Both the position numbers and the translations under genes were made by a program. Below are positions 1-14,296 of a stretch of DNA of 64,000 nucleotides, piece by piece. The notes beneath the pieces were generated by a model. The model searched no databases, was not told where the DNA came from, and saw only the letters and a list, made by a program, of their open reading frames with translations. Position 1 is the first letter of the stretch; each line of letters opens with the position of its first letter. The DNA is from Fonticula alba ATCC 38817 (lineage: Eukaryota; Protista; Nucleariida): the NCBI GenBank assembly GCA_000388065.2, contig KB932201.1, one strand, 5' to 3'.

Positions 1-2079
1 GGGGTTGCCTCGGCTGACGGTGGACGGACGGGGGGCACGGGCCGCCGTGGCTGTGGTCCCGTGGGGGAACAGTATTATTTTTACCTAAGGCCCCGAGGGC
101 AGAAAGTGGCACGCGAACGGCCAGGGTCAGGAGCGAGGGAGAATGTGGGGTCATTTGCGTGAGCATGTGCGTTTGTGTATCTTTCGTCTGGGCCTACTCG
201 CCTGCCCGGCCCCCCCCCCCCCTCGGGCCGGCCCCCGGTGTGCTGGTTCCTCGAGAGGGGAGAGCACAGGACGTTCGTAGGGAAGACTCACGACACAGAT
301 ACACATCTCAGTATTTAAAAAGCCGATTTTCTTAGGAACCAAGCACACTTGGGCCAGGGAAACTGAGCCAGAAGGCGGTGGGCCGGGCGGGTGTCTGTCG
401 CGAGGAGAGGACCAGCTCGGAGGCATGGTCGAGGGTTGCGCGTACGATGTGTGGTGGGTGTTTCCTACACACTTCACACGGGGCAGGGTTGTCCTAAACT
501 GGCACGCGACGAGCCGGCGGCCCGCGGGCCCCCATTCGCTGAGTTATTCGGGCGCGCGTGGGCGCCGAACGCGGAGAACCCGGCGGGGCATCCGTCTTGT
601 TCCTTGGTCTGGGCAACTGGGGCAGGATAGAGGGCAGGGGGGGGGGGGAAGGGGGAGGGCGGTCCCCGCAGCAAGTGTGGTTCCGCTTTGGGCTCCCACC
701 CCACGGTCGGCCTCGGGTGTTGGAACACCCGCAGTCCGGTGTGTGACTTGGGCACCACCGATACAGTGCCCCGCTCTGGCAGGCCCGGGAAGTTCCCCGG
801 ATGTGGTGCACGGAATGGGGGGGACAGGGGGGGGGGGGGGCACAGGTCAGTCGAGGCAAGGCCCGGGCTCCAGCGGATTGGAGGATATTGCCTCGCGGCC
901 CCCGGGCTCCGGTCCGTGCACCCGCCCGAGGAAGGAGGGGGCGGCGCGTGTCTCCCCGGCAGGCGGACGGGGGTTTCCGCCACCAGGGGCACTCCTGGGA
1001 GGGTCGATATTAGGGTATTCCCCGCGGCCGGGGGGCACGCCGCGGCCACGAGAGGCGGGGCTCCGAGGGCTGACGCTCGTGCGGGCCGGTCGGACCGGCG
1101 GGCAGGGGCTGGCGCCCCACCGCCGCCCGCGCTCTCTCGTCCACGCCCGTGTTGTTCGGTCCGTGTTCACCCCTATAATCCCTCAGTCTTCTTTTGCTGA
1201 TCTGCCCCCAGGTCTCTCCCTCTCTCTCTCTCTCTCTCTCTCGCGCACCCTGCACCTTGCTTCCTGGGGGGTGGGGCTGGGGCCCGGACGCAATATATCC
1301 GTCCCTGCGTCTGAATTCCCGGCTCCCGGTCCGGGTCCTGTTGGGGGACTGGCCTAGGTTGTGGTGGGATGTACCGTTGATTGTGCCGCGTTGCTCTCCG
1401 CCGTCCTCCTCCATCCGCGAGTAGGCGGGCCCGGCGAGAGGGGCACATGTGTTCCGCTCGGCTTTGGCCCCCCCACTCTACCCAGGCATCCGGGGGGGGG
1501 AGGCCGGCCTCGCGTCTTCGCTCCCCCNNNNNNNNNNGGGGGGAAGGAGGGCATATTATTGTTTGCCACCAGCCCACGATGCAGCCCGCACACCCGACGC
1601 ACATACACACACACACGCGCACACACGCACAGTCATCCTCACCCCGTGTTTTGTCCGCGCGCCCGCCGGCCGGCCAGCCGGCATACCTGCCCGGGCAGGC
1701 CTCTGACCGGGCAAGGCCGGGAAGATGAGATCAATCTCGGCGGCCTTGCAGCAAGAGGCCCCCGGGACATTCAAGGGCCAAGCCACTGTCCCTCATCTGT
1801 GCTGGCCGCACGACAGCCAATCCCCCCCCCCCCCAACGAGCCATTCCCACACGTAGACCCCCTCCCCCTCTTCCTTCCGTCTTTCCCCACTCTCTCTCTC
1901 TCTCTCTCCCTTCCCTGCCCAACCGACTCTTCGCCTGGCCTGGTGACATCTGCTCTCCCTGCACACTCCTTCGCCCAGTGCGCCGGTGGGCTGGGCGGTG
2001 ATCTTGTTGAGCAGAAGCATTTCCTTCGACTTGTCGTCCTCTCCCCCGGCCCCCTTTCTCTCCTTGCCTCGTGGTGACC

Positions 2080-4443
<2,364 letters not shown>

Positions 4444-4531
4444 TAAGTGGTGGCGAATCTCTCCGGGGCGGAGACTTCTCTCTCTCTGCTTCTGGTGATT
4501 TTTTCTCATTTCCCCAAGAGCACTAACAAAG

Positions 4532-6579
4532 ATGTCCGACGCTCCGTTCGTCAAGGTCCGTTTGCCCGTGTCTCCGCCTTGCCTTCCCCCCCCTCCTTCC
4601 CTGCTTTTCCTCGCGCGCCGCCTTCTGCCCTCTGCGCCTGCCCCCTCCCCCCCTCCTGTTCCCCCCCCCTGCTCCCCCTCCTTCCTCTTCTCCTTGTCTG
4701 CTCTTCCTCCCCCCCTTTGGCGTGCGAGGCGTCCCGGTGGGCGCGCGCGTGACACTCCCTCTCGGGCGCGGTGGCGCCGGCTTCCGGACCGCGTGCTTTC
4801 CCTCCTTGGCTCTGTGCATTTGCGCCTGCTCGCACTTGCTCCCGTGCCCGATGTTGTGCCCGCGCGCCTGCGCCGCCCCCCATTTTCCTTGCTCCTTTGT
4901 GTCACTGTCAGCGCGCATCCATGCGTGTATGTGTGTCCGTGTGTCCTTGCGCACTCCTCCCTCCCCCTGTGGATTCTCCTTTCCCCTTCTCTCTCCCTCT
5001 CTCTCGTTGGACCGGTCGACCTCTTCCCCGCGCTGGGGAAACCCTTCGCGTTGGAATGACACGCGTCCATCTGTACTTCGTTTGAGTAGGCCCCGGAAGG
5101 AGGAGCGGGTCGGGTGTGCACATACACACACACACTCATATGCGCGCATGTCTGCGTGTCTGCCAAGACGCATCTCTTCCTATTCCCCCCTCTCCCCTCC
5201 TCTCTTGTGTTCAGTCCTGTCGCGATTTGAGGTGTCCCATGCCGGTCAGGCTTCCCTCCGTCCCGTTGGTCGCGCCAAATCAAGTCGTCTGCATGCACAC
5301 TGTGAAGAAGGGCCTGTCCTGTGTTTCGGCACATTTCGGCCTCGCATCCCTGTTTCCCCTCTCCGTCATTTGATGCTGTCTTTCAGTATCTGGCGCGCTC
5401 TGCGCTGGTCCTTTCATGGGGGAAACAGGATGTGCATTCTCACTTGCTGCATGCTGTCCTTGATTTTGCCTCGTGTGCGACCTGGTTCGCGAGGGGCGTC
5501 CGACTGGCTGGGTTTTCCTGTCACGCAGGCGTACACACATATCCCCCTCGCCATCGTGGCGAAGCGCGCCCTTCCCCCACTCTCTCCCTTCCCTGGTCGT
5601 CGCCATCTTGCTGACTTTCCCCCTCCCCTCCTCCCTTCCATGCCCCCTCTTCCACACAGGTTGCGACCATCGACGCTAAGGGCCACCTCCTTGGCCGTCT
5701 TGGTTCGGTCATCGCTAAGCAGCTCCTCCAGGGTCAGAAGATCGTGGTCGTCCGCTGCGAGGAGGCCGTTGTCACTGGCTCTCTCCCCCGCAACCGTCTC
5801 AAGTACGCCCGCTACCTGGACAAGCGCATGCAGACCAACCCCATCCGTGGTCACATCCACTACCGCTCTCCTTCCAAGATGCTCGTGAAGGTCATCCGCG
5901 GTATGCTTCCCCACAAGACCCCCCGTGGTGCTGTACGTCTTCCCTCTCCTTGCTTGCATTTTCTGGTGTCCCTCTCCCTCTCCCTCTCCGGGTCCGTCTT
6001 GCGTTCCTTCCTCTGACGCATTCCCTCCGTCTCCCTTTGTCTCCCTCTCCGTCCCTCGCACGCAGGCTGCCCTTGACCGCCTGATGGTCTTCGAGGGTAT
6101 CCCCCCCGCCTACGACCGCACCAAGCGCGTTGTTGTCCCCGACGCCCTCGCCAAGCTCCGCCTGCGCCCGGACCGCAAGACCACCAACCTCGGTGAGCTC
6201 GCCTCCAAGGTGTGTTCATCTCCTCCCTCGCTTTCTTTTCGTCTCCCTCCCCGCCGTCGGTCGTGTGTGCACCACCGCACCCCGGCCGCGGCGGCCCCCT
6301 CCCCCCTTCCTCAGTTGCTGACCCCGCCTCTCCCTCTCTCCTCCTCTCGCTGTGTTTGCTTCCCCTCTCCTCTTCTTCCTTGTGCCCCTGGTACCTCTGC
6401 CGCAGGTCGGCTGGAAGTACGGTGCCGTCGTCTCCGTCCTCGAGGAGAAGCGCAAGGCCCGCTCTGAGGCTTACTTCAAGGCCAAGCAGTCCATCATCGC
6501 CGCCAAGGCCAAGGCCGTTGCCGCCAACGCCGACGCCATCAAGCAGCACACCGAGTACCTCGCCTCTGTTGGCTACTAA
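4532..6579 (+). CDS. RPL13A: 60S ribosomal protein uL13 (L13a/L16); exons 4532-4555, 5660-~5933, ~6066-6209, 6406-6579
   Basis: MSDAPFVK|[35 protein letters not shown]...RGPIH-like [13 protein letters not shown]...[10 protein letters not shown]|[17 protein letters not shown]...[19 protein letters not shown]. Confidence 0.97.
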
Positions 6580-8676
6580 ATACTCCGGCGTCCCCTGCGC
6601 TCGCTCGCTCGCGCCCTGGGCAGTGTGTTCTTGGCATCAAGCCTCTTTCCACCTCCCTGTTTTGAACTTGTGTCAGCCCACTCCCCGCGTGTGCTTTCTC
6701 CCCCCAAGAAATATACGCCCGGCTAAGGAAATACAGTGTCCCGCGCGCGACTCCTCTCCCCCCCCCACCAATTGTGCCCGTTGTGTTTCTCTTTTTTTCC
6801 CTCGTCTCTCCCTCCTGTTCCTCGGCGGCCACATCTTCGTCCCTCTTCCACTTGCTCTCGTTTGGCTCTCTCTGTGTGGCGGCCTTGAGGGGAGAGAGAC
6901 CAGCGAGCGCCGCGGGAGAGAGAGAGAGGGAGAGGGAGAGAAGGCCCTCTCTTCTCTCGTTTTTGGTCGTCTTCGCCGGCTGTTGCTCGGTCCTCGCTCC
7001 CGGGGAGAGGGCCGCGGGGCAGGGAAAGGGCCCACATGCGTGTGGGGCCCCTGCGCGCGCCCTGTGCCTGGTTTCTCCCTGCGTACGTGTGTGGGGGGCC
7101 GGGGAGGGGCGGGGGCAGCGACAGGTGCAGACGGGCGAGGGAGGGGCAGGCGCAGGCGGGCGGGAGGGGGAGCTGCTCGTGTTCATCTCCCACGAGCCAG
7201 TCTATATTGGGGGGGGTCCCCCATTCGGCCCGGTTACCCCGCCGGGCCCGTCCCCGCGCCGAGGTTTTCCCCTCCCGGCTGGAGGCGACCGGGGCCGGAG
7301 TCGTTTGACCCTCGTGTAGGGTGGTTTCCATTTCCAGAGGCAGCTCCGACTGGAGCGGCCGCCGCCCCCCCCCCCCACCTCTCCCAGTTCGGTACCGGGG
7401 CGTAGCACGCCCTTCCTCCATCGGCGGGTTCCCCTCTCGCGGTTTACCATCCTCTTGGCGGGCATTGTGCCGGGGACCGAGCCGGTCCCAGAGCCATGTG
7501 CTGTGCCCGAGGGTAGGCGCCACATGGCTCGGCACTCGGGAGGTGGCGTCCCCGTCATTCTGCTGCAGCCGGGAGCTCCGCCGACAGTGTAGGACCACAG
7601 CGAGGGGAGAGGCAGCCTCCGGAAGGGAAGGGCTTTTTCCGGCTGTGTTGGCCAGACCCTCCGAAGGACTCTCCCCGTCTTCCGCCAGGAGAGAGAAAGA
7701 GAGAGGGAGAGAAAGACATTGAGAAAGCAAATGAGAGAAGGGGAGAGCACCGCGTCCGCCAGAGGCCCGGTCCCTGCCGAGGCTTTGGCGTGCACTCGCG
7801 GAACATCCCGCCGCTTGGGGCGGGGACGTTTTTTGCTGGCCAACCGCGCGGGGGCGCGGAATTCCAGATCACACGACCTCCCCGTAATATGAATGACATT
7901 CCGGTAATTAACCGCCACCGTGATCCCAAGTCCACGGGTCGATTATTAAATTTCACACCCGACTCGCTGGCTCTCGCCTTTGCAGGTGCTGGGGGGGGGG
8001 GAGGGGAGGGGGTGGCCGCGGCAACCAGCACAACACGGCCCGGGGCCGAGCCCGTCGAAGGGGATCGAGGAAACAACAGGCTCCATGTATCCAGATGCTC
8101 CGTGGTTTTCCTTCCTGCCCCCGGAACTCCGGTCGGGAATGTGCCACCGTCTCCCTCGGGCCAGATCGGCAGCGGCCTGCCATGGACCGTGCTGTATGTT
8201 CTCCTCGCGGTGGTGGGCGGACGGAGGGCGGGGGGGGGGGCGTGCGCCTGGCGCAGCCCGGGGTGGCCTGAGTCGGAAGCATGCCCGTCGATGTCTTGCG
8301 GACTTTGGGCGGGGAATAGCACACAACGAAAGCCAGGCGGCCGGGTCATTCTTCACGTGAATAGCACCGGGTAAGCTCCGGCCGGGAGGGGTCGTCAGCG
8401 ACGCCCGTGCTGCGCCCTTCCTTCGCGCTTTTCGTGTCGCCCGGAGGGCGGGGCGACGCGAGCATGTCGCCCTCGCCACCCCCTGGGGGGGAGGGGGGGT
8501 GGGGGGGGGCGAAGGAGGAGATGCTCGACATACCACACATCATCCACGATGCAGTTGGCGCCTGGCCGCATGGGTGTTCCCCTGACCGGGAGCCGGGGGC
8601 TCTGGGATTCCCCGTTCGCAGATGCACTGGCACACGAGTATATGCTGCTTCCGGGCCACCAGCCGGGAGGCGACCC

Positions 8677-8945
8677 ACGGCCCGTCGGTTAAATGTACCA
8701 AATATTGCTGGCAAGACTCCCCAGGGGGGCGTCATCGCCGGGATGCCCGCCTTCGTGTGAAGCCCATCCCCGACTGGTCGCCCCTCGGGGGGGGGGGGGA
8801 GCCTCACATCAGCCACTCAGCGAGAGCTTAACAAGTGGCCGGGAGGGTAGGGCACGAAAGTGCAGCGACACCGAGGCCAGCCCTGGCGGATGCGAGGTGG
8901 ATGCCGTCCCCCGCCCTCCATTCCTCTGATATGTTCATATTCGCG
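8677..8945 (+). ncRNA. Probable signal recognition particle (7SL/SRP) RNA; ends approximate
   Basis: Helix-8-like hairpin with the conserved AGG/AGC symmetric loop and GAAA tetraloop (8849-8866). Adjacent helix-6-like hairpin (gccact 8812-8817 / agtggc 8834-8839, GAGA loop). Both are closed by a long interrupted helix (8801-8805/8873-8877, 8765-8769/8888-8892, 8751-8755/8893-8897, 8740-8745/8905-8910, 8724-8731/8912-8919). Size is about 270-300 nt. Folded by eye only. Confidence 0.55.
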
Positions 8946-9714
8946 CCCTCTCGCCCAGCGTCATCCTGCGTCTGGTCGCTCGCGCACTCGGCTCGGCGGG
9001 TTGGGGGGGGGGGGGGGCCGGGGAGGGGTTACCGTTTTCTGCGCATTCGCCGAGGGAGTCTTGCTCCGCCTCACCGGCATGCGGCCTGCGCATGCCCTGG
9101 GCCGCGGCATGCCCGGATTCAGCTGCGTCCCGGTCCTGGCCGATTGCTCCGGCTGACCGCCGCGCGGGGACAAGGCAACCCACCGGGGGGGGAGGGGGAG
9201 GGGGGGGGGGGGCCAATGAGGCGACCGAGAGTGCCGTAGCCCTCCGGAGCAGCGTCCAACCCTCTCGCGACCGCCTCCCGAACGAGGACCCACCTGTCTA
9301 CGGCTGCTCAGCCGGGGGATCGGCCCGACGCGCCTGACGTACCCACTCGTTTTTCACGCCACTGCGGGGCTCCGTCTCCGGGTCCCCACCGCAGGTGAGA
9401 GGGACAGGCCTGCACCCGGAGCAGGTCTTCCGCCCCCCTCCCCCCCCCCCACTCCAAGGTTTCGCTCCTCGTCCTGGTCCCGGGCCCGGGAGGGCTTCGG
9501 GGCTGCCCGTCTCTTCTCGAGAGATGGCGCCCTGCGATCCGGCGGGCTTCCCCGGGGCGGCAAAGCTGGATGCACGCCTCTGCGCTCGCCCCCTCCCCCC
9601 TTCCCTTCCTCCACCTTTCGCGCAGCCTCCTCCTCCCACCCATCGCCGCTCCCTCTCCCTTCCCCCCCCAACCACCCATCCCCACCCCAGCTCGTCCCGG
9701 CCCCCTCCAAAGCC

Positions 9715-11442
9715 ATGCCACTGGCCGCGATCCTCTTCGCCTTTGAGCTGATCCTGTATGCGGTGACCGCGGCGCTGGTCATCGCATTGACCATCATCTC
9801 GGCTGTCGGGCTACTGGCCTCGCTTCTGATCAAGCCGCCGCACTATGCCCATCGGAAACCCCACCAGGGCCTTGCCCCCAAAGGCCAGCCTCCCTTCGAT
9901 GAGGATGCATGGCTCCCATACGAGGGCACCCCCAAGTCGGACTTTGGGCTGGACTTTGTGGAGGTGGAATTCCCGGCCACGCCCCTGGTGCCGGAGTCCC
10001 GCCAGGGCCCGGTGCGCATCGGCAACGACATTTTCCCCGTCATCGAGCGATACGACGCGTCCGGCTCTCCAGTCCAGACCAATCAGGCGTCATTTACCCT
10101 GGGCAAGACCCCGGTGTCCAAGATGCCTGGGCGCCGGGTGCGCACCGAGGTTGTGCCGACCCTGCGCGGCTGGCTCATCAAGGGCCGCCAGGGCGTCTGG
10201 TGCGTGTCCCGCGCTTCTGTCCATCCTCCCTCCCTCCCTCCCCCCTCTCTCTTCCTCTCTCTTCCTCTCTCTTCCTCTTCATCCCTTTCGTCGATAGTGC
10301 GTCTGACATGCCATACTCGGCACATTTCAATGGACCTCGATACCAGGCCCGACCAGCGTGGTGTGGTTTGCGTGCACGGTGGCGGCCGCGACCGCCGAGA
10401 GTTCCACCGTATGCTGCCCTTCCTGCATGAGGCCGGCTATTCGGTCTTGTTGTTTGATCTGCGCGAGCATGGCATCAGTGACGGCACCGGGCGCGGCCTC
10501 GACTGGGGCCGAGAGATGGTCTTCGATGTGGATGGCGCCGTCAATTTTGTCAAGAGCCCGCTTGTCGGGTGGGACTACGTGGCCCTGGCTGGGACCAGCA
10601 ACGGCGCTGCCCTGGCTGGCCTGGCCTGCGGGCTTGAAGATGGCGCCATGTGGCGGTGTGTACCGATCTTCGCTCACCTGCCCTTTCCCCCCTTTCCTGC
10701 TTTGTTGTGCTGACACCTGACGTTGGCATTTACGGTGCCTCGCTTTCTCTCCTCCTTTTCCTCCCCCCCCCCCCCCTCTGCTCCCTTCCCCTTTCAGTGC
10801 GGTCGCTCGGCCTCGGCCACTGATCGATGCGCTGATCTTGGACTCGACGTACACTCGGCCGCGTGATGGCATGCGTGCGATCATGGAGACCGCCCTCGGG
10901 GAGTTCCCCTTCCCCTGGATCATGTCCAAGATCACCCCCTGGCTGATTCCGCTCGTGGTGGCCACCTGCCGGTCGCGCCTGCGCCTGGGCCAGCTTCATC
11001 GTACGCATGGCTACATGTTCTTCCGGATCTCCCTCCTCATTCAGCCCCGATCGCTTACTCCTCCTTGTCCTGCTCCCACAACGGCTGCCACCACCGCCGT
11101 CGCCGCCGTCATCACGGCCACGGCTGCTGCTGTTGCCGCCCTCCTTCCCCTCCCTCTGTGGCCCCAGGCAAGCTGCGCAAGCTTACCTCTGTGGGTTTGG
11201 TCGACGTTCTCCCTTACACCCGGCCCCGGCCGACACTCATCATCCACGGCACCGCCGATCGGCGTTTCCCGGTCCTGCATGCGCATGACATCTTCAACGC
11301 GATCCCGGCCAACCACCACCGCAAGAGCCTGCTCATCATTGAGGGCGGCCGCCATGCGGAGACCTTCAACGTCGATAGCGCATCCTACCAGCGCAAGTTC
11401 CTTCAGACTCTGGCGCTGATGGGCGGCACCAAGAGCCGGTGA
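9715..11442 (+). CDS. Membrane-anchored alpha/beta-fold serine hydrolase (Hydrolase_4/YqkD-like), 4 exons
   Basis: N-terminal hydrophobic helix; VCVHGGG oxyanion segment; FDLREHGISDG; nucleophile elbow G-T-S-N-G; LIIHGTAD (Asp); EGGRH (His). Confidence 0.85.
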
Positions 11443-11990
11443 GAAGTTCATGCCCACAAGCCTGCATGCGGCCACGTACCCGCCCCCGCCTGTCACACGT
11501 GTCCCCCTCCCCCTTCCTTGAGTCTCTCCCCCCCCCCCCCTCTCTCTCTCTCTCCCTCCTCCTGGCAGCTATCTTGCACTTAGCCATAGCGCCGAGGGGT
11601 GCCCTTGTTCCTTGCCTTTCCTCCTCTCTCTCTCTCTCTCTCATGCTTGTGCGTGTTGTTTTCTTCCCAGCGCATTTGGCAGTCCCAGCGAACGGCATGC
11701 CCTTCAAAATAGAGTATCTTCCCCTCCCCTCGGATACGCGCACGACACGATCTGCAATAACAGTACGATAGCGGATGGCGAGCAGTACATTGGCACATGG
11801 CCGGGACCGGAACCTAAATACAGGAGAAAGCAACCCTCCCGGACAGATCTACCGAAGAGGTGGCTCCTGCTGCCTGGAGGAGGGAAAGGGCTGACGGGGG
11901 ACGGCGGGAGGAGAGATGCCCATGATTCCCCCCACTCGAACAGGGCTCCTTGGCGGGAAGGGAGTGGGCGGGACGAGGGGGGGGGGGGAC

Positions 11991-11999
<9 letters not shown>

Positions 12000-12056
<57 letters not shown>
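12000..12056. repeat. (AG)n microsatellite
   Basis: About 28 perfect AG units. Confidence 0.95.
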
Positions 12057-12058
<2 letters not shown>

Positions 12059-12580
12059 GGCTCTTGCCCCGCCGCCTGACAATGGACTGGATGACCCGAC
12101 CCCGGCTGGCGGGGAAGCCAGGTGCGTGTCCCCCCCCTCGCCGCCCCGCCCCCGGAATAAGGCCGCCTTGGATGCGGGGGCGGTTGATTGGGGCTACTTT
12201 TCCCCCAGGGGGGGCTTTTTCATCAGGTGCGTTGATTTCCTCGCCTCGGGAATTGGAGATAACCAAGCATTCGGCTCAGAGTCCTCTCCCCCCCCCCCCC
12301 TCACCCTGTTCCCTGTTGCTTTTGCCACTGTAAGCCCATCGCTCCTCCCTCCTCGCCCCCCTTCCCCCCATCTTTTCCTTTCTGTCCTTCTCCCCCTTCT
12401 GTTCCGCCTTCGGCCCGCCTTCTCTCTATTTCTCCGCCCTCCAAATCCCCCTTCCCCCCCTGCCATACCGGGGGCGTCCCTGGTTGCCATTCCTTGCTCG
12501 TGAGGTCCCTTCCTCCTTCCCCATCTTAACCTCTCGTCACCGCTGTCTCCCTCGTTGCTGCCCTTGGCGCCATTGCGCAG

Positions 12581-13233
12581 ATGCTCGCCATCTCTCGTTC
12601 CCTGACCCGCCTGGCCCCGGCTATGGGCGTTGTCCGCCGCGGTCTTGCCACCAACGCCGTTGCCACGGTCACCCCCACCCCGACCGAGGTCACTGGCACT
12701 GACACCTGGAGCCCGAACCAGGTATGTGCCCCCTCAACACTCCGGCGCCTTCCTCTCTCTCTCGGAGCCGCCCCCACCCCCCCCTTTTTTTTTTCCAGAT
12801 CCGCTTCGAAGTGTCTAATTCCCCTCCCTCCCCCTGCTCCCTCTTCCAAACACACAGGCTAGCCGTGTGGGCTCCATGACTGGTCCTCGTTTCCTTGATG
12901 TCGACCTCAGCCTCCAGGTTCGCCTCTCAATGCACTTGCGCCCTTGCCACCACCACGTTTGGGACCTTCTTGTTTGACACCCCAAAATCCGAACTCCCTC
13001 CCTCCCTCGGCGACACCCGCCTTCTTTGCATTTCCATGCATTTGTAGCCGATGCCCAAGCCCGCCATCGACCTGATTGCCGAGCAGCCGGTCATCGAGGT
13101 TGCTGGTCGCGTCGCCTCCTGCGACGGCGGCCACCCTGCCCTTGGCCACCCCACCGTCTACATCAACCTTGACGACCCCTCGGCTCCGCACTCCTGCGGC
13201 TACTGTGGCCTCCGCTTCCGCCAGGCCAAGTAG
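12581..13233 (+). CDS. NDUFS6: NADH:ubiquinone oxidoreductase 13 kDa Zn-finger subunit, 3 exons
   Basis: Presequence [24 protein letters not shown]; TWSPNQ|[12 protein letters not shown]; [33 protein letters not shown]...CGYCGLRF (zf-CHCC). Confidence 0.95.
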
Positions 13234-14296
13234 ATTCCCCACTCCCGGGAGCGTTGAGCGCACCATTGCCCCTCCCTCCCCCCTCTCTCAGGTGCTTTGC
13301 TGTGCCTTCCCCCCCCCCCCCCCTGAGAGGGGTCCCTCCCGACTCTCCCCCTCCCTTCCTGGTTACCGCTCCGCCCCCTCCGCCTCTTCCCCCTCACAGG
13401 CCGAAGCACCACATGTTCCTTTGTTGATTGCGTTCTCGCGCCGCTACACTTGCCTCGAAACAAGTGCAGATCCCTCCCCTTCCCTCTTCCTCCCCCTTGT
13501 AAATATGATTTCAGTTCACACCCTGTCGGCTGGCGGTGTGCGCCCGTACGCGCTCGCCACGTCCGTGTAGGAACAATAAAGAAAGACGCACCGTGTCCAC
13601 GGGAGATGGCTTTCATGTGGTCGTGAACTCGACCCCCCCCCCCCCCCTGCGGCTCAGGGACGGAGGGCGGGGCCGGCAGGCCAGAGGGATACCTTTTTTT
13701 TCTCACTTTGGAGGTGGTTTGTATATTGGCCCCGAGAGAGGGATGACGGGGGACACGTGCAGTATTTCGAAGTGAACTTGATGCAGCTCTTCTCACGCAA
13801 GAGGGTCTTTTGCCGCAGTGTGCGGCCGAAGAAAGGGAGGATGGACATCATTGGGCGGCGGCATTCTACCTGAGGGCGGAACATCTTCCTTCTTTCGCTC
13901 GCTCGCTCTCTATCTCTTCCGGTGTCTCTGCTTCGCTTTCCGCGGCTTCTTCCTTCGCGCACTGTATCCCGCCATGTTTGACATGCTTTCGCGGTCCTTC
14001 TCTTGAAAGGAGGGATATGCGGGGGAGGGGAGATGGGCGCGTGGCACCATTCACTGAGGACCTGCCTCTCGTGCCGGGGGTGCTTGTGCCTCCGCCAAAG
14101 GAAGGAAGACAATGGTGTGGAGGAGGCAAGAGAGGGAGAAGAGAGAGAGAGAGGGGAGGGGAGGGGGGGGGGGGGGGGGGGCAGCGAAATGCGGTCATCC
14201 ACCGAGGCACCGTGTGCCCGGAGGAGCGACGGGGAAGAGAGGCCAGTAGGCCTCCAACAACAGAGACTGGCCACACAGCGAGCTGGATTGTCCCAT

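Noticed and set aside
1793-2060. Coding-like minus-strand stretch (MLLLNKITAQPTG...)
   Set aside because: No family match and no downstream exons identified; it abuts the RecQ start.
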